Assembly: GCA_905371595.1 (NCBI GenBank)
Contig: CAJPLU010000001.1
Span: 9,158 to 73,157, forward strand
Direction: 5' to 3'
From: Candidatus Saccharimonadota bacterium
GTDB lineage: Bacteria; Patescibacteriota; Saccharimonadia; Saccharimonadales; Saccharimonadaceae
DNA: 64,000 nt
Positions 45,031 to 54,791 of this stretch are shown here, in pieces. Under the pieces are notes generated by a model that saw only the letters and a program-made list of their open reading frames with translations, searched no databases and was not told the origin of the DNA. The position numbers were made by a program, and so were the translations under genes. Within the stretch, counting starts at the first letter, position 1; each line of letters starts with the position of its first letter.

Positions 45031-47268
45031 ATGGAAAACCAACAAGCAAACCATAGAAAGATAAAAGTTGTTATCGGGATATTGGCCGCTACACTAGCAG
45101 CATTTTTGTTGTACTGGCTGTTTACCAGTTTGATTAGCATGAACCAGCATAATCAGACAAATCAAGGACCTAGCCGTAGTACTACTTCTCAAGTAGACGA
45201 CGAAAATAGCAAGCCGCAGCGACCAGATTCGGATTCAGAACCAAGCTCGAACCCGGACGGCAAGAACGAGACTAGCCAGACCAAGACTGACGAGTCCACG
45301 AACAGTTCGCCTAGTGATTCTACCAAGACGACTGAAAATGGCGTCTCGGTTGTCAAGAATCACAATACTTATCATTACCGCCAAATAGCGTCGCCGGGCA
45401 GACCGTCAATTCACAATGCTGCTAACCATCAACCTGCGAATACTCCGTCCACTAAGCCCGGCAATAACAAACCGACTACACCGCCCAATCCGTCCAAGCC
45501 GCCTAAGCCAACGCCCGAGCCAACGCAGGCAGCTGTAAAAATCGTCGGTGCAGCAGAGGTCGGCTCAACCCTAATCGCGCAAATCGACGATCCTGACGGG
45601 TTGAAAGACGGCGGTATACGGTATTATCAATGGTTTGCCGACGGCGCGGCTATTCCTGGCGCCAGCTATTTCTCGTACAAGTTGACACCAGCCGAAGCTG
45701 GCAAAAAAATCACCGTCAAAACAACTCATGCTAACAACAAAAACGTAATGAAAGATTTAATTAGCTCAGCTACGATAGCTGTCGGCAACGCCGCATCAAA
45801 TAATAACCATGGTAGCGTCACCATCGACGGAATAAACCGAGTCGGACAATTATTCACTGCTCACATTACCGATGCTGATGGCGTGCCAGAGAGCGGTATT
45901 ACTTACAGGTGGTACGAATTTTACGGCAAATTCCTGGGAACTGGCAAAACTCTCGTACAAACCAGAGACCACCTGGGCATGCAAGTCATCGTCCAAGCCA
46001 GTTACACCGACAAAAAAGGACATAAAGAGAGCGTCACCAGCGGATTTAGCGGGTCAGTCGTCGATAATTCAGGCGGCGGCACTGGCGCGGGGATAATCAG
46101 TCCTGCTGCGACTGCGCCAAAAATTACTCTTCATGGACCAGCCAGCGTCAAAGAAGGCGAAACCGCTGTTTACACGGCGACTTTAGACAAAGCAGCCAGT
46201 ACCGATGTTAGCGCGGATATCAAGATCACGCACAATACTAGCAATCCGAACAATCTCAACATCCGTTGGGACAGCCAGCGAGTGGTTATTAAAGCCGGAG
46301 AAACCAGCGCCAAATTCTACATTGACACCAATGCCGGCACTGGCGGTAAAGGCAAAACTTACACCGTTTCTCTTAGCAACGCTGTCGCTGGCATGGTCAA
46401 TAAAACAAACACCAACCCTTCTACTACAGTCAATGCTCAATCGGTCTTTATGCTATCATACGTTTATCCGCTCGCCAAAGCTGGCGGTAGCGAGTTCTCT
46501 GACTACTGGAAAGCTGTTCATGCAGCAGGCAGCAATAAAATCCCGTACACACTCATCATGGCAGACGGCAACCCTGACGCTAAACTCGACCCAGGTTATG
46601 TGCGGCTGCTAAAAAGAAACGCCGAACTTGGCTTCAAGACTGTCGCTTACATTCGCACTGTTCAGCAGACTCGCCCAATTGCCGAAGTTAAAGCCGCCAT
46701 GGCTAAGTTCATTGAACTTTACGGAGCGGACAAAATTCACGGATTCTACTTCGACGAGATATCATCCAGAAATAACAGCGCAACGGCTTACATGGCAGAA
46801 TTATACAACTACACGAAAAGCACTTACGGCAACAAGTTGGTCGTCGCCAATCCTGGTACTCATATCACCGACGCAATTGCACCATACGCCGATATTTTCA
46901 TGACTAACGAAGGCACTGCTGACGAATATATTAATAACTATAAGACCGCTTACTCTGCCTTTGAAAACGACCCAGCAAACTCCCATCGTATTTTCCATAC
47001 GATTTATGCCGCAAAGGCTGGCGATTACCAAAAAATAATCAATTTATCGCGCCAGCGCAATGCCGGCTGGGTATTCATCACCACCGATAGTACGATACCT
47101 GATGGCAGGCCGTACAATGATTTGGCAAAGAATTTCCCTAGCCTCGTTGATAGCATCAACAATTTAGGCCGCCAACCGCTTGATCCAAATAGAGCCACGG
47201 AACAACCTTTGCTATCCGGCGCGATAATCAGCGGATCATCTGTCACCACAACTATACTTAGCCAATAA
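45031..47268 (+). CDS. Membrane-anchored protein with Ig-like repeats and a spherulin-4 (GH135-like) domain
   Basis: TM, S/T/P stalk, two repeats (VG.(T/L)..A.I.D.DG...Y.W), a Calx-beta-like segment, then YVYP, VAYI.T, GFYFDE, VANPG, MTNEG, HTIY, GWVFIT, PYNDL typical of spherulin-4. Confidence 0.8.
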   Translation: MENQQANHRKIKVVIGILAATLAAFLLYWLFTSLISMNQHNQTNQGPSRSTTSQVDDENSKPQRPDSDSEPSSNPDGKNETSQTKTDESTNSSPSDSTKTTENGVSVVKNHNTYHYRQIASPGRPSIHNAANHQPANTPSTKPGNNKPTTPPNPSKPPKPTPEPTQAAVKIVGAAEVGSTLIAQIDDPDGLKDGGIRYYQWFADGAAIPGASYFSYKLTPAEAGKKITVKTTHANNKNVMKDLISSATIAVGNAASNNNHGSVTIDGINRVGQLFTAHITDADGVPESGITYRWYEFYGKFLGTGKTLVQTRDHLGMQVIVQASYTDKKGHKESVTSGFSGSVVDNSGGGTGAGIISPAATAPKITLHGPASVKEGETAVYTATLDKAASTDVSADIKITHNTSNPNNLNIRWDSQRVVIKAGETSAKFYIDTNAGTGGKGKTYTVSLSNAVAGMVNKTNTNPSTTVNAQSVFMLSYVYPLAKAGGSEFSDYWKAVHAAGSNKIPYTLIMADGNPDAKLDPGYVRLLKRNAELGFKTVAYIRTVQQTRPIAEVKAAMAKFIELYGADKIHGFYFDEISSRNNSATAYMAELYNYTKSTYGNKLVVANPGTHITDAIAPYADIFMTNEGTADEYINNYKTAYSAFENDPANSHRIFHTIYAAKAGDYQKIINLSRQRNAGWVFITTDSTIPDGRPYNDLAKNFPSLVDSINNLGRQPLDPNRATEQPLLSGAIISGSSVTTTILSQ

Positions 47269-47288
47269 TCGTATCGGTATGCTACACT

Positions 47289-47888
47289 ATGTTTATGGTT
47301 ACCAAGGCAAATAAATCTCCCAAGAAGACTCGCAAGCAGCGTGTCAAACACATTACAAAAACAGACACTCACTTCATGGTGCGCCGAAGCTTACTGGTGT
47401 ATGCGATATTGGTTTTTGTGCTTTTTTGGCTAACAGCTATGAGCGTATATCTAGTCGACAGAATGGTCGTAGAATACACCAACACTGCCCGCTATAACCA
47501 AATTCATAGTATATATAGCAATTTGAAGCTAGATAAATCTTATAGACTGGCGGTTTATAAAAGTAATATTTCAAATGATAAGTCTATCACTACAGAGTAT
47601 GGACATAATACTTCCGTAAGTAAAACTCGTATGGATTTAACCAAAAAAATTAAAGAGGCTGGCTTCTCGCTTATCAGTACGAAAGATAAAGATACTATCG
47701 TTCAAAGCGATACGTTCAAGGATACTAACGGCCATATTTTATACCTGAGCGTTATACCGCAGGCGCTGCATAAAGATTATACATACGGCACCTCCGAGAT
47801 AGCCAAGCCGTACGCCAAAGTAGACGCCAATAAATTCGACCACGAGCCAACTAGCTACGTCACTATCAAAATAAGCCTTGGCGACTAG
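47289..47888 (+). CDS. Single-TM hypothetical protein
   Basis: 199 aa, basic N-terminus followed by a TM. Confidence 0.72.
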   Translation: MFMVTKANKSPKKTRKQRVKHITKTDTHFMVRRSLLVYAILVFVLFWLTAMSVYLVDRMVVEYTNTARYNQIHSIYSNLKLDKSYRLAVYKSNISNDKSITTEYGHNTSVSKTRMDLTKKIKEAGFSLISTKDKDTIVQSDTFKDTNGHILYLSVIPQALHKDYTYGTSEIAKPYAKVDANKFDHEPTSYVTIKISLGD

Positions 47889-47959
47889 TGGGATAATTGC
47901 CGGCAAAAATACGAAACGCATGCCTTGCATTAGATAATTTTTCGTGTTATAATATAAGT

Positions 47960-48676
47960 ATGGAGACTAAAGACAGCGAGTTGGATTTTGGCGAACTTTC
48001 AAAATCGACCGCGCAAGCAACTCGCGATGGACCCTATTACCCTGCTGCGACACTAGCGATAATGGCATACGATACAACGTCAGATCCATCCGAAAAGGCT
48101 CGGATGGCGCGCGACGCGGGTAATGCCTATAGACATTTAGGCAACTACGAAGAAGCTGAAAAGTGGCTTACTAAGGCAGTTGATCAACACAAAACTTTAG
48201 CTGAACAAGAACCAAATCGCAGCACGCTGCGCGAACTGGGAGCTAGCGCAGCCATGCTGGCAACCATGCAATTGTCACGCATAGCAAGCGATGAAACTTT
48301 TGATACTCCAGAAAATAATACCAAGACTGTTGAAACTTTTCGTTACGGACTAGAGAAACTCAAGAATTCGCACAAACATGCCGACGGACTAAATCGTATT
48401 GATCAATATGATATTAATTTTACCGCTCGAGCCAGCTACGCCGAGACGCTTGCCGGCAATAAAAAGCGAGGCTTGGCACTCGGCGTCAGAGCGGTGCGGC
48501 TAGCATTCTGGTCCGAGTCGCCACAGCTTGATACCACTAATACGTCCCTCAGCAAAAAAGAACGCTACAGAACCAAAGCACGGGCGCTCGTGCGCGGTAT
48601 TGGCGCGCTTGCCGTTGGTATTGTTGCGCCTATCAATCGCCGCGCCGCCAAAACTCTTGTTAGAAAACTTTCTTAA
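47960..48676 (+). CDS. TPR-like helical hypothetical protein
   Basis: AGNAYRHLGNYEEAEKWLTKA TPR-like motif; ATG 6 nt after TGTTATAAT. Confidence 0.7.
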   Translation: METKDSELDFGELSKSTAQATRDGPYYPAATLAIMAYDTTSDPSEKARMARDAGNAYRHLGNYEEAEKWLTKAVDQHKTLAEQEPNRSTLRELGASAAMLATMQLSRIASDETFDTPENNTKTVETFRYGLEKLKNSHKHADGLNRIDQYDINFTARASYAETLAGNKKRGLALGVRAVRLAFWSESPQLDTTNTSLSKKERYRTKARALVRGIGALAVGIVAPINRRAAKTLVRKLS

Positions 48677-51135
48677 GCTTGGTTCTGCTGGTTAGGCACA
48701 TCGCCTTGCAATGGAACTACTTGCGATTCAGATTCTTCAAAAATTCGCCGTACTTGCTCGGCATCAATGTTCACCGAATCGCCCGGATTGACCGCCCCCG
48801 ATAGCATGAGCTTAGCGATAGTATTCTCCACCGCTTTCTGAACAACGCGGCGCATCGGCCGAGCGCCTAGCCGCGGGTCGTATCCTTGCTGAACGAGAAG
48901 CTGTTTCGCGTCGTCATCAACAGTCACTGACACTTTTTGCGGCAATAGAGTTTTGTTGACGCCAGCCAGAATCAAATCAAGCACTTGCACCAACTCGGCC
49001 GGCGTAAACGGACGAAAGAGCACAATTTCGTCGAAGCGATTGAGAAACTCTGGCCGAAACTGGTTCGAACTAATTAATTCGTTGATAAACTGCTGTTCAA
49101 ACTGCTCAAGCCGATAGCCGCGCTCGATATATTCGCGGATCCTATCAGCGCCAGCATTGCTAGTAGCAATTACGATGGCATCGCGAAAGCTGATCTCACG
49201 GTTCTTGGCGTCGCGCAAAATCCCTTCGTCGAGTAATTGCAGCAGCGTGGTTAGCACTTCTGGCGCAGCCTTCTCGATCTCGTCGAGCAACACCACGCTG
49301 AAGGGCTGCTTCATTACTTGCGCAGTCAAGCTCATCGGGTCGTCTGCGCCATCAGCGATTAAACGAGCGACATCCTCAGAGCGAACAAACTCATTCAAAT
49401 CTAAGCGGATTAACTTGCCTTCGCCGCCAAAGTATACGTCGGCCAGCGCTTTTGATAATTCCGTCTTGCCCACGCCAGTCGGCCCCAAAAACAGAAAAGT
49501 ACCAATCGGCCGATTCTCATTACGCACACCCGCGCGAGCGCGGCGCAGAGCATCGCTAACGACATTAACAGCGCGAACTTGATTAACCATTCGTTCATGA
49601 ATTAGATCCTCCATATGTAGCAGCCGCTCGCGGTCTTCGGTCGTATTAGCTACGCTAACTTTAACGTCCATTGTCCGCTCGATTGCTTGCTGTACAGAAT
49701 TCATAGTCACGATACCAGACTCGCTGAAACTAGCCGCCGACTCTAGCAATTTAAGCGCCCGGCCAGGCATGGCTATATCGTGAATGTAACGCTGGCTCAA
49801 GCGATAAGCTTCGTTAATCGCTTGGATCATATAAGTAACTTTGCGGTTGAACTCAATAGCAATCAACTGTTCTTGCAGAACCTTTTTAGTCTCTGCTTCG
49901 TTGGTTTCGGCGACATTAATACGGTTAAGCGAGTTAGCTAACGACGGGTTGCGACGGCTAATTTCGAGATAGCGCTGTTCGTCCATGCTTAAAATTAAGC
50001 GTAACCTGCCAGCGTCTAAAATCGGCTGCAAAACATTTGTTAAATCTACTGACCCCACGCCCTCTTCAAAAAACAACTGCGCGTCATCGAGGCAAACAAT
50101 GATGTTTTTAGCGTTATAGGCCTCGCCCAAAACCTGCATGATTAAGTTTTCGAGCTCGCCGCGGCCTGGCGCTGCCGCAATCAGCGATGCCGAGTCAAGA
50201 ATGAAGATCTGGCGGAAGCGAAGATTTTCGGGTACATTTGCATCAGCATCCAAAATTCGTTCCGCGAAAGCGTGAATTACTGATGTTTTACCAACGCCAG
50301 CTTGGCCGATAAGAACCGCATTTTGCCGCCCGCCAGTACCAAAAGCTTCCACTAGCTGATCAATCACCTGAACATGCGATGGTATGTCAATCGACAAAGT
50401 ATTACGGCTAGCACCAATTTGCTCGCTGATATTCTGCCCGAATCGCTCAAGATGCGGAATCCAGCCAAACGACCAATCACGCGCCAAGCCGCCAGTCCGC
50501 CGCCGCTGGCCAAAATGCCGAACGATCTCCATCAAATGTTCTTGCCACAAAATACCAGCATCCAAATCTTCATCTCCTAAATGAGTTTGCGCTATTATTG
50601 ATTGATAATTCGGAAAGCTCCTCACTAGTGCTGTAGCTAATACGGCACCGCTGATACGGTCTAGCTGATTGGCTTGGCGAATGTCGTCAGCTACACTCCA
50701 CAGTTTGTCAACGGAAATCGTCGAACCCTCAGCGATAGTAGCTAAAAATGACGGCGTCATACCAAGCCGCACCCCCATGAATTGGCCGCTTGGCACCTCA
50801 CCAATTACTTTAGCAATCTCTCGTACGCTCGGTTCTCGCGACAACCGGCCTAACACGTCGCCCGCTAACAAATCATCAACTGAGCCGCCCCTGCCAGCTG
50901 GCAGATCGTGAACGTGCCAATTATAAAATTTCACCGCCATATATAATACTGCCGCCAGAGCACCGCACAGCCAGCCTAGCGACAGACGCTCCATAGTTAC
51001 TAGCATAGTACCCGATATCATCAGTAATAACGCTAACCATGAAAGGCTTTTTGCAATCATCGGCGACAGCAGCCGCCCAAAGCGCGCTTCGCTGGCTCGC
51101 TGAGACGCATACCTAAAAGTACCTAAAGATGCCAT
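48673..51135 (-). CDS. ClpA/ClpB-family double-AAA+ ATPase with N-terminal transmembrane helices
   Basis: Walker A GQAGVGKT and GPTGVGKT, LLDEIEKA, FRPEFLNRFD, GARPMRR; two TMs near the N-terminus. Start placed at ATG 51135. Confidence 0.9.
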   Translation of the reverse strand: MASLGTFRYASQRASEARFGRLLSPMIAKSLSWLALLLMISGTMLVTMERLSLGWLCGALAAVLYMAVKFYNWHVHDLPAGRGGSVDDLLAGDVLGRLSREPSVREIAKVIGEVPSGQFMGVRLGMTPSFLATIAEGSTISVDKLWSVADDIRQANQLDRISGAVLATALVRSFPNYQSIIAQTHLGDEDLDAGILWQEHLMEIVRHFGQRRRTGGLARDWSFGWIPHLERFGQNISEQIGASRNTLSIDIPSHVQVIDQLVEAFGTGGRQNAVLIGQAGVGKTSVIHAFAERILDADANVPENLRFRQIFILDSASLIAAAPGRGELENLIMQVLGEAYNAKNIIVCLDDAQLFFEEGVGSVDLTNVLQPILDAGRLRLILSMDEQRYLEISRRNPSLANSLNRINVAETNEAETKKVLQEQLIAIEFNRKVTYMIQAINEAYRLSQRYIHDIAMPGRALKLLESAASFSESGIVTMNSVQQAIERTMDVKVSVANTTEDRERLLHMEDLIHERMVNQVRAVNVVSDALRRARAGVRNENRPIGTFLFLGPTGVGKTELSKALADVYFGGEGKLIRLDLNEFVRSEDVARLIADGADDPMSLTAQVMKQPFSVVLLDEIEKAAPEVLTTLLQLLDEGILRDAKNREISFRDAIVIATSNAGADRIREYIERGYRLEQFEQQFINELISSNQFRPEFLNRFDEIVLFRPFTPAELVQVLDLILAGVNKTLLPQKVSVTVDDDAKQLLVQQGYDPRLGARPMRRVVQKAVENTIAKLMLSGAVNPGDSVNIDAEQVRRIFEESESQVVPLQGDVPNQQNQA

Positions 51136-51506
51136 GGTATCCACCCCGATATTGCCGCAACAACCATTACCACCGGCATCGCTGGCACCAACGGCCAAAT
51201 AGCCAAACGTAGTAGACCAATCAACAGCATCAAGCACAAGGCTGCTACACCTATCAGCAGCGTTATTATCCTTATAAAGCCGCCAATAATCCGCGACACT
51301 AAGCGATCAAAGAACGCCCGTAGTTGCACCCCGATTGGTCCGCGCACTTTCCCGGCTGAAATTTGCCGCCACGGCGCGAATAGTGTTTTGAGTAATAATC
51401 CCAGCGAAAACGTATCGTATAATCGCTCGATAGATTCCCAAACATCTACTGCTGCCCGCTTCCAACCAACGCTATACCACCACGAAATCATGCCCACGAT
51501 AAACAT
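51123..51506 (-). CDS. Small membrane protein coupled to the Clp ATPase
   Basis: WWYSVGW, FSLGLLLKTLFAPWRQI, VSRIIGGFIR, hydrophobic C-terminus; overlaps the ATPase start. Confidence 0.8.
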   Translation of the reverse strand: MFIVGMISWWYSVGWKRAAVDVWESIERLYDTFSLGLLLKTLFAPWRQISAGKVRGPIGVQLRAFFDRLVSRIIGGFIRIITLLIGVAALCLMLLIGLLRLAIWPLVPAMPVVMVVAAISGWIPWHL

Positions 51507-51569
51507 ATGCTTTTTATTATAGTTCAAAAAGCGTTTGGACGCTACTATAATGCGCCAAAAACAGGTATA

Positions 51570-52856
51570 ATGAGTTTTATGCGTCAAACTCTCACGACTA
51601 TGCTCGGGAAGACTGTCAAGAAAGCTGCACAGATTCGCGGCGGTAGCGGCTCAGCCTTACCAGGCTTGGTAATTGAAAAAATCGACTCAGATTTTGTTAG
51701 CCGCACATTACAGCAACTACCAATGGGCGTAGCACTCATCAGCGGTACCAACGGCAAAACCACTACCACCAAAATTGTTGTCGAATTACTAGAAAGCCAA
51801 GGCCTGAAAGTATTCACCAACCGTACTGGCAGCAACTTCACGCGCGGCGTGGCAGCGGCGCTATTAGGCGAAGTTGATTTGCACGGACGAATTAACGCCG
51901 ATATTGCCGTGCTTGAACTCGACGAAGCCTATGCTGTTCACTTTGTAAAAGCAATCAAGCCAAACTACTGTTTACTGCTAAATGTCATGCGCGACCAGCT
52001 CGACCGCTTCGGCGAAATTGACAATACCGCCAAGCTCCTCCACAATGTTGCAATAAACACAACAAAATGCGTAGTCCTTAACCGCGACGACCCGCGATTA
52101 AGTAGTCCTGATTTTGTAAACGACATCAAATCACCGCTGCGAAGTTTTGGTGTTAATCCAAAATATTTACAGACTTTCCCTTCTGATGATTCTCTTCATA
52201 GTAACGAGCAAAATGCGGCTAAATTGTACGCTGACGACACCAGTCTTGAAGAGTTTAAAGACCAGCACGCCGTTATCGGCTTCAACGGCAGCGATCACTC
52301 GGTGAATCTAAATCTGCGTGGCATCTACAATCTTCAAAATGCCACCGGTGCTGTTGCTTTAGTGCGCGCAATTCTCGGTAATAGTCTAAATGTTGATTCT
52401 ATGCTCAAAGCGCTATCAGGTATTAAGCCAGCTTTTGGCCGCGGCGAGCAATTAATAATTGACGGACAACCCTGCGAGCTAGTATTGGTCAAAAACCCGG
52501 CTGGCTTCCGTTTGGCCCTAGCTTCGTTCGATCCAGCAAACTACGCCACTATGATAGCTATTAACGATGCTTACGCTGATGGCCGCGACATGAGCTGGCT
52601 CTGGGATGTCGATTTCGATAGCTTACAAGAACAAGGCGTCACTGCTGTATCTGGCGTCCGCGCCTATGACATGGCTCTGCGACTAGAATATGACGAAGTA
52701 TCTATCGATTTTGTCGATACCGACCTGGCGGTTGCACTGCGCCAACTTATCACTAAACACACTCGCCAACCAAAGCGCATTTATTGTAGCTACACCGCAA
52801 TGTTAGCACTACGACGACTACTAGCCCGTTATACCGACGTGGAGGAAATCCGATGA
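51570..52856 (+). CDS. murT: Lipid II isoglutaminyl synthase subunit MurT
   Basis: GSALPG, SGTNGKTTT, LELDEA, RDQLDRFGEID, LVKNPAG, DGRDMSWLWDVDF, YTAML. Confidence 0.93.
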   Translation: MSFMRQTLTTMLGKTVKKAAQIRGGSGSALPGLVIEKIDSDFVSRTLQQLPMGVALISGTNGKTTTTKIVVELLESQGLKVFTNRTGSNFTRGVAAALLGEVDLHGRINADIAVLELDEAYAVHFVKAIKPNYCLLLNVMRDQLDRFGEIDNTAKLLHNVAINTTKCVVLNRDDPRLSSPDFVNDIKSPLRSFGVNPKYLQTFPSDDSLHSNEQNAAKLYADDTSLEEFKDQHAVIGFNGSDHSVNLNLRGIYNLQNATGAVALVRAILGNSLNVDSMLKALSGIKPAFGRGEQLIIDGQPCELVLVKNPAGFRLALASFDPANYATMIAINDAYADGRDMSWLWDVDFDSLQEQGVTAVSGVRAYDMALRLEYDEVSIDFVDTDLAVALRQLITKHTRQPKRIYCSYTAMLALRRLLARYTDVEEIR

Positions 52857-53581
52857 AAAGACAACCGCAATCTATCACTATCTTGCAACTTTATCCGCGC
52901 GATATGAACATTTACGGCGACTGGGGCAATGTTCTGACTCTCAAGCGGCGGCTAGAATGGCGTGGTTTTGCTACCAAACTAATCGAATATAACGTTGGCG
53001 ACGCTTTTCCAGACGATGTTGATTTAATCGTCGGTGGTGGTGGACAGGACTCTGGACAATTACGAATTAGCGACGACCTGCAAAAGATTGCCCCTCAACT
53101 CAAACGATTAGCTGACGACGATTTACCAATGTTAGTTATCTGCGGTTTATACCAACTATTCGGCCGCTCGTTTACTACCAAAGACGGCGACATAATTCCT
53201 GGTATCAGTACTCTTGACCTAGAAACAATTGGCGGTGACGAGCGCATTGTTGGTAATATTATCGTCAAAAGTCCAGAATTCGGTGAAATTATCGGTTATG
53301 AGAATCACTCCGGGCTAACTACGCTTGGCCAAAATACCACAGCACTCGGCGACGTCATCAAGGGTGTAGGCAACAATAATATTGATGGCCGTGAAGGTGC
53401 CCGTTATCGTAACGTTATCGGTACCTATTTGCACGGTCCGCTCTTGCCAAAGAATCCGCACATTGCCGATTGGATGATTTCGCAAGCTATAATCCGTAAA
53501 TACGGCGCCGTCGTTTTAGACCCGCTTGAAGACAAGTACACTGAACAGGCTCGTAATATCGCCAAAAAACGCCCGCGCTAG
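52853..53581 (+). CDS. gatD: Glutamine amidotransferase GatD
   Basis: MNIYGDWGN, GGGQD, ICGLYQLFG, GYENHSG, TYLHGPLLPKNP; overlaps murT. Confidence 0.93.
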   Translation: MKRQPQSITILQLYPRDMNIYGDWGNVLTLKRRLEWRGFATKLIEYNVGDAFPDDVDLIVGGGGQDSGQLRISDDLQKIAPQLKRLADDDLPMLVICGLYQLFGRSFTTKDGDIIPGISTLDLETIGGDERIVGNIIVKSPEFGEIIGYENHSGLTTLGQNTTALGDVIKGVGNNNIDGREGARYRNVIGTYLHGPLLPKNPHIADWMISQAIIRKYGAVVLDPLEDKYTEQARNIAKKRPR

Positions 53582-53630
53582 CCACTACTTTTAACGCTAT
53601 CCCCAGATTGGACCTGCTATACTGGTAGAA

Positions 53631-54791
53631 GTGACCAAAATGAGCGCTGTAAAAAAACCAAAAATTAATCGTATTGTCAGCCTAGATTTAATGAGAGGCT
53701 GGTTTTTGGTGATAATCATACTTGATCATTTAAGTTATTTTCCAAACGGCCTCGTGTTCATAAGCGGCGACAGCAGATTATACGTCACTGCCGCCGAAGG
53801 ATTCTTTATTATTTCTGGATTAGTATTAGGTATTGTCCGCGGTGCTAAATTAACAGAGCGTTCGTTTAGATACGCTGCTAAATTAATCTGGCGGCGAAGT
53901 TTCATGCTATATCTAACCAGTATCATCATTACAATATTATCGATTGCGATCGGCTGGCATTTTGTTGGTAACGACGGCGTCAAATCGCCTTTGCCTCCGC
54001 TAGATAGCAATATCTTTAGTTTATTTTGGAGAATAGTTACCTTGCAAGAATTCTACGGCTGGGCAGATTACTTGCGTCTATATGCGATATTTTTGGCGCT
54101 AACACCAGCTGCGCTTTGGCTACTGCGCCGCGGCAAATGGTACATCGTTCTAACCGTCAGTACTCTAGTTTGGCTGCTAACGCCAAAGCCGGTTAACGAA
54201 TTCACTCAACCATTTACTTGGCAATTTATTTTTTTCATCGCCTTCACGCTAGGATTTTACTCACCGCAAATTAAATCATGGTGGAATAGTTTGTCCGCCA
54301 AAACGCGGCGCCGTACTAAAACTGTCATCTTTACCATGTTTATCATCACTTTCATCGCCAATGTTTTTGCCGAGTTTTTCGCGCCAGCCTTAAACGATAA
54401 TCTTTCGACAGCTATTAATAATTTTCGCCCTATCCTAGCGGCCAGTTTCGATAAGCTAGCTCTAACGCCAGCGCGCGTAGCTATGTCACTGCTCTGGTTT
54501 ATTGGGTTTTTTATGATTTTCCAGCGTTTTGAAAAACAAATTAAACGCTATCTCGGCTGGTTACTTATTCCGTTTGGGACTAATTCGCTTTACGTCTATT
54601 CAATTCATGCCTTCGTAGTCATGGGAGCGCATCTAATAGTCAATCCGCAATATGGCGCGCCAGCTAGTTATTTTAATTCTTTTGACCGTCTAGCCGAGGT
54701 TCCTCAGAACCTCGCGCTATCGATTTTGGTAATTGCAATTATTTACCTAGCAGTGCGAACCAAATTTTTGATGAAGATTATTCCGCGCTAA
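53631..54791 (+). CDS. OpgC-domain membrane acyltransferase-like protein
   Basis: LDLMRG, IILDH, AAEGFFIISG, DYLRLY, WQFIF, GTNSLYVYSIH; multi-TM. Confidence 0.82.
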   Translation: MTKMSAVKKPKINRIVSLDLMRGWFLVIIILDHLSYFPNGLVFISGDSRLYVTAAEGFFIISGLVLGIVRGAKLTERSFRYAAKLIWRRSFMLYLTSIIITILSIAIGWHFVGNDGVKSPLPPLDSNIFSLFWRIVTLQEFYGWADYLRLYAIFLALTPAALWLLRRGKWYIVLTVSTLVWLLTPKPVNEFTQPFTWQFIFFIAFTLGFYSPQIKSWWNSLSAKTRRRTKTVIFTMFIITFIANVFAEFFAPALNDNLSTAINNFRPILAASFDKLALTPARVAMSLLWFIGFFMIFQRFEKQIKRYLGWLLIPFGTNSLYVYSIHAFVVMGAHLIVNPQYGAPASYFNSFDRLAEVPQNLALSILVIAIIYLAVRTKFLMKIIPR

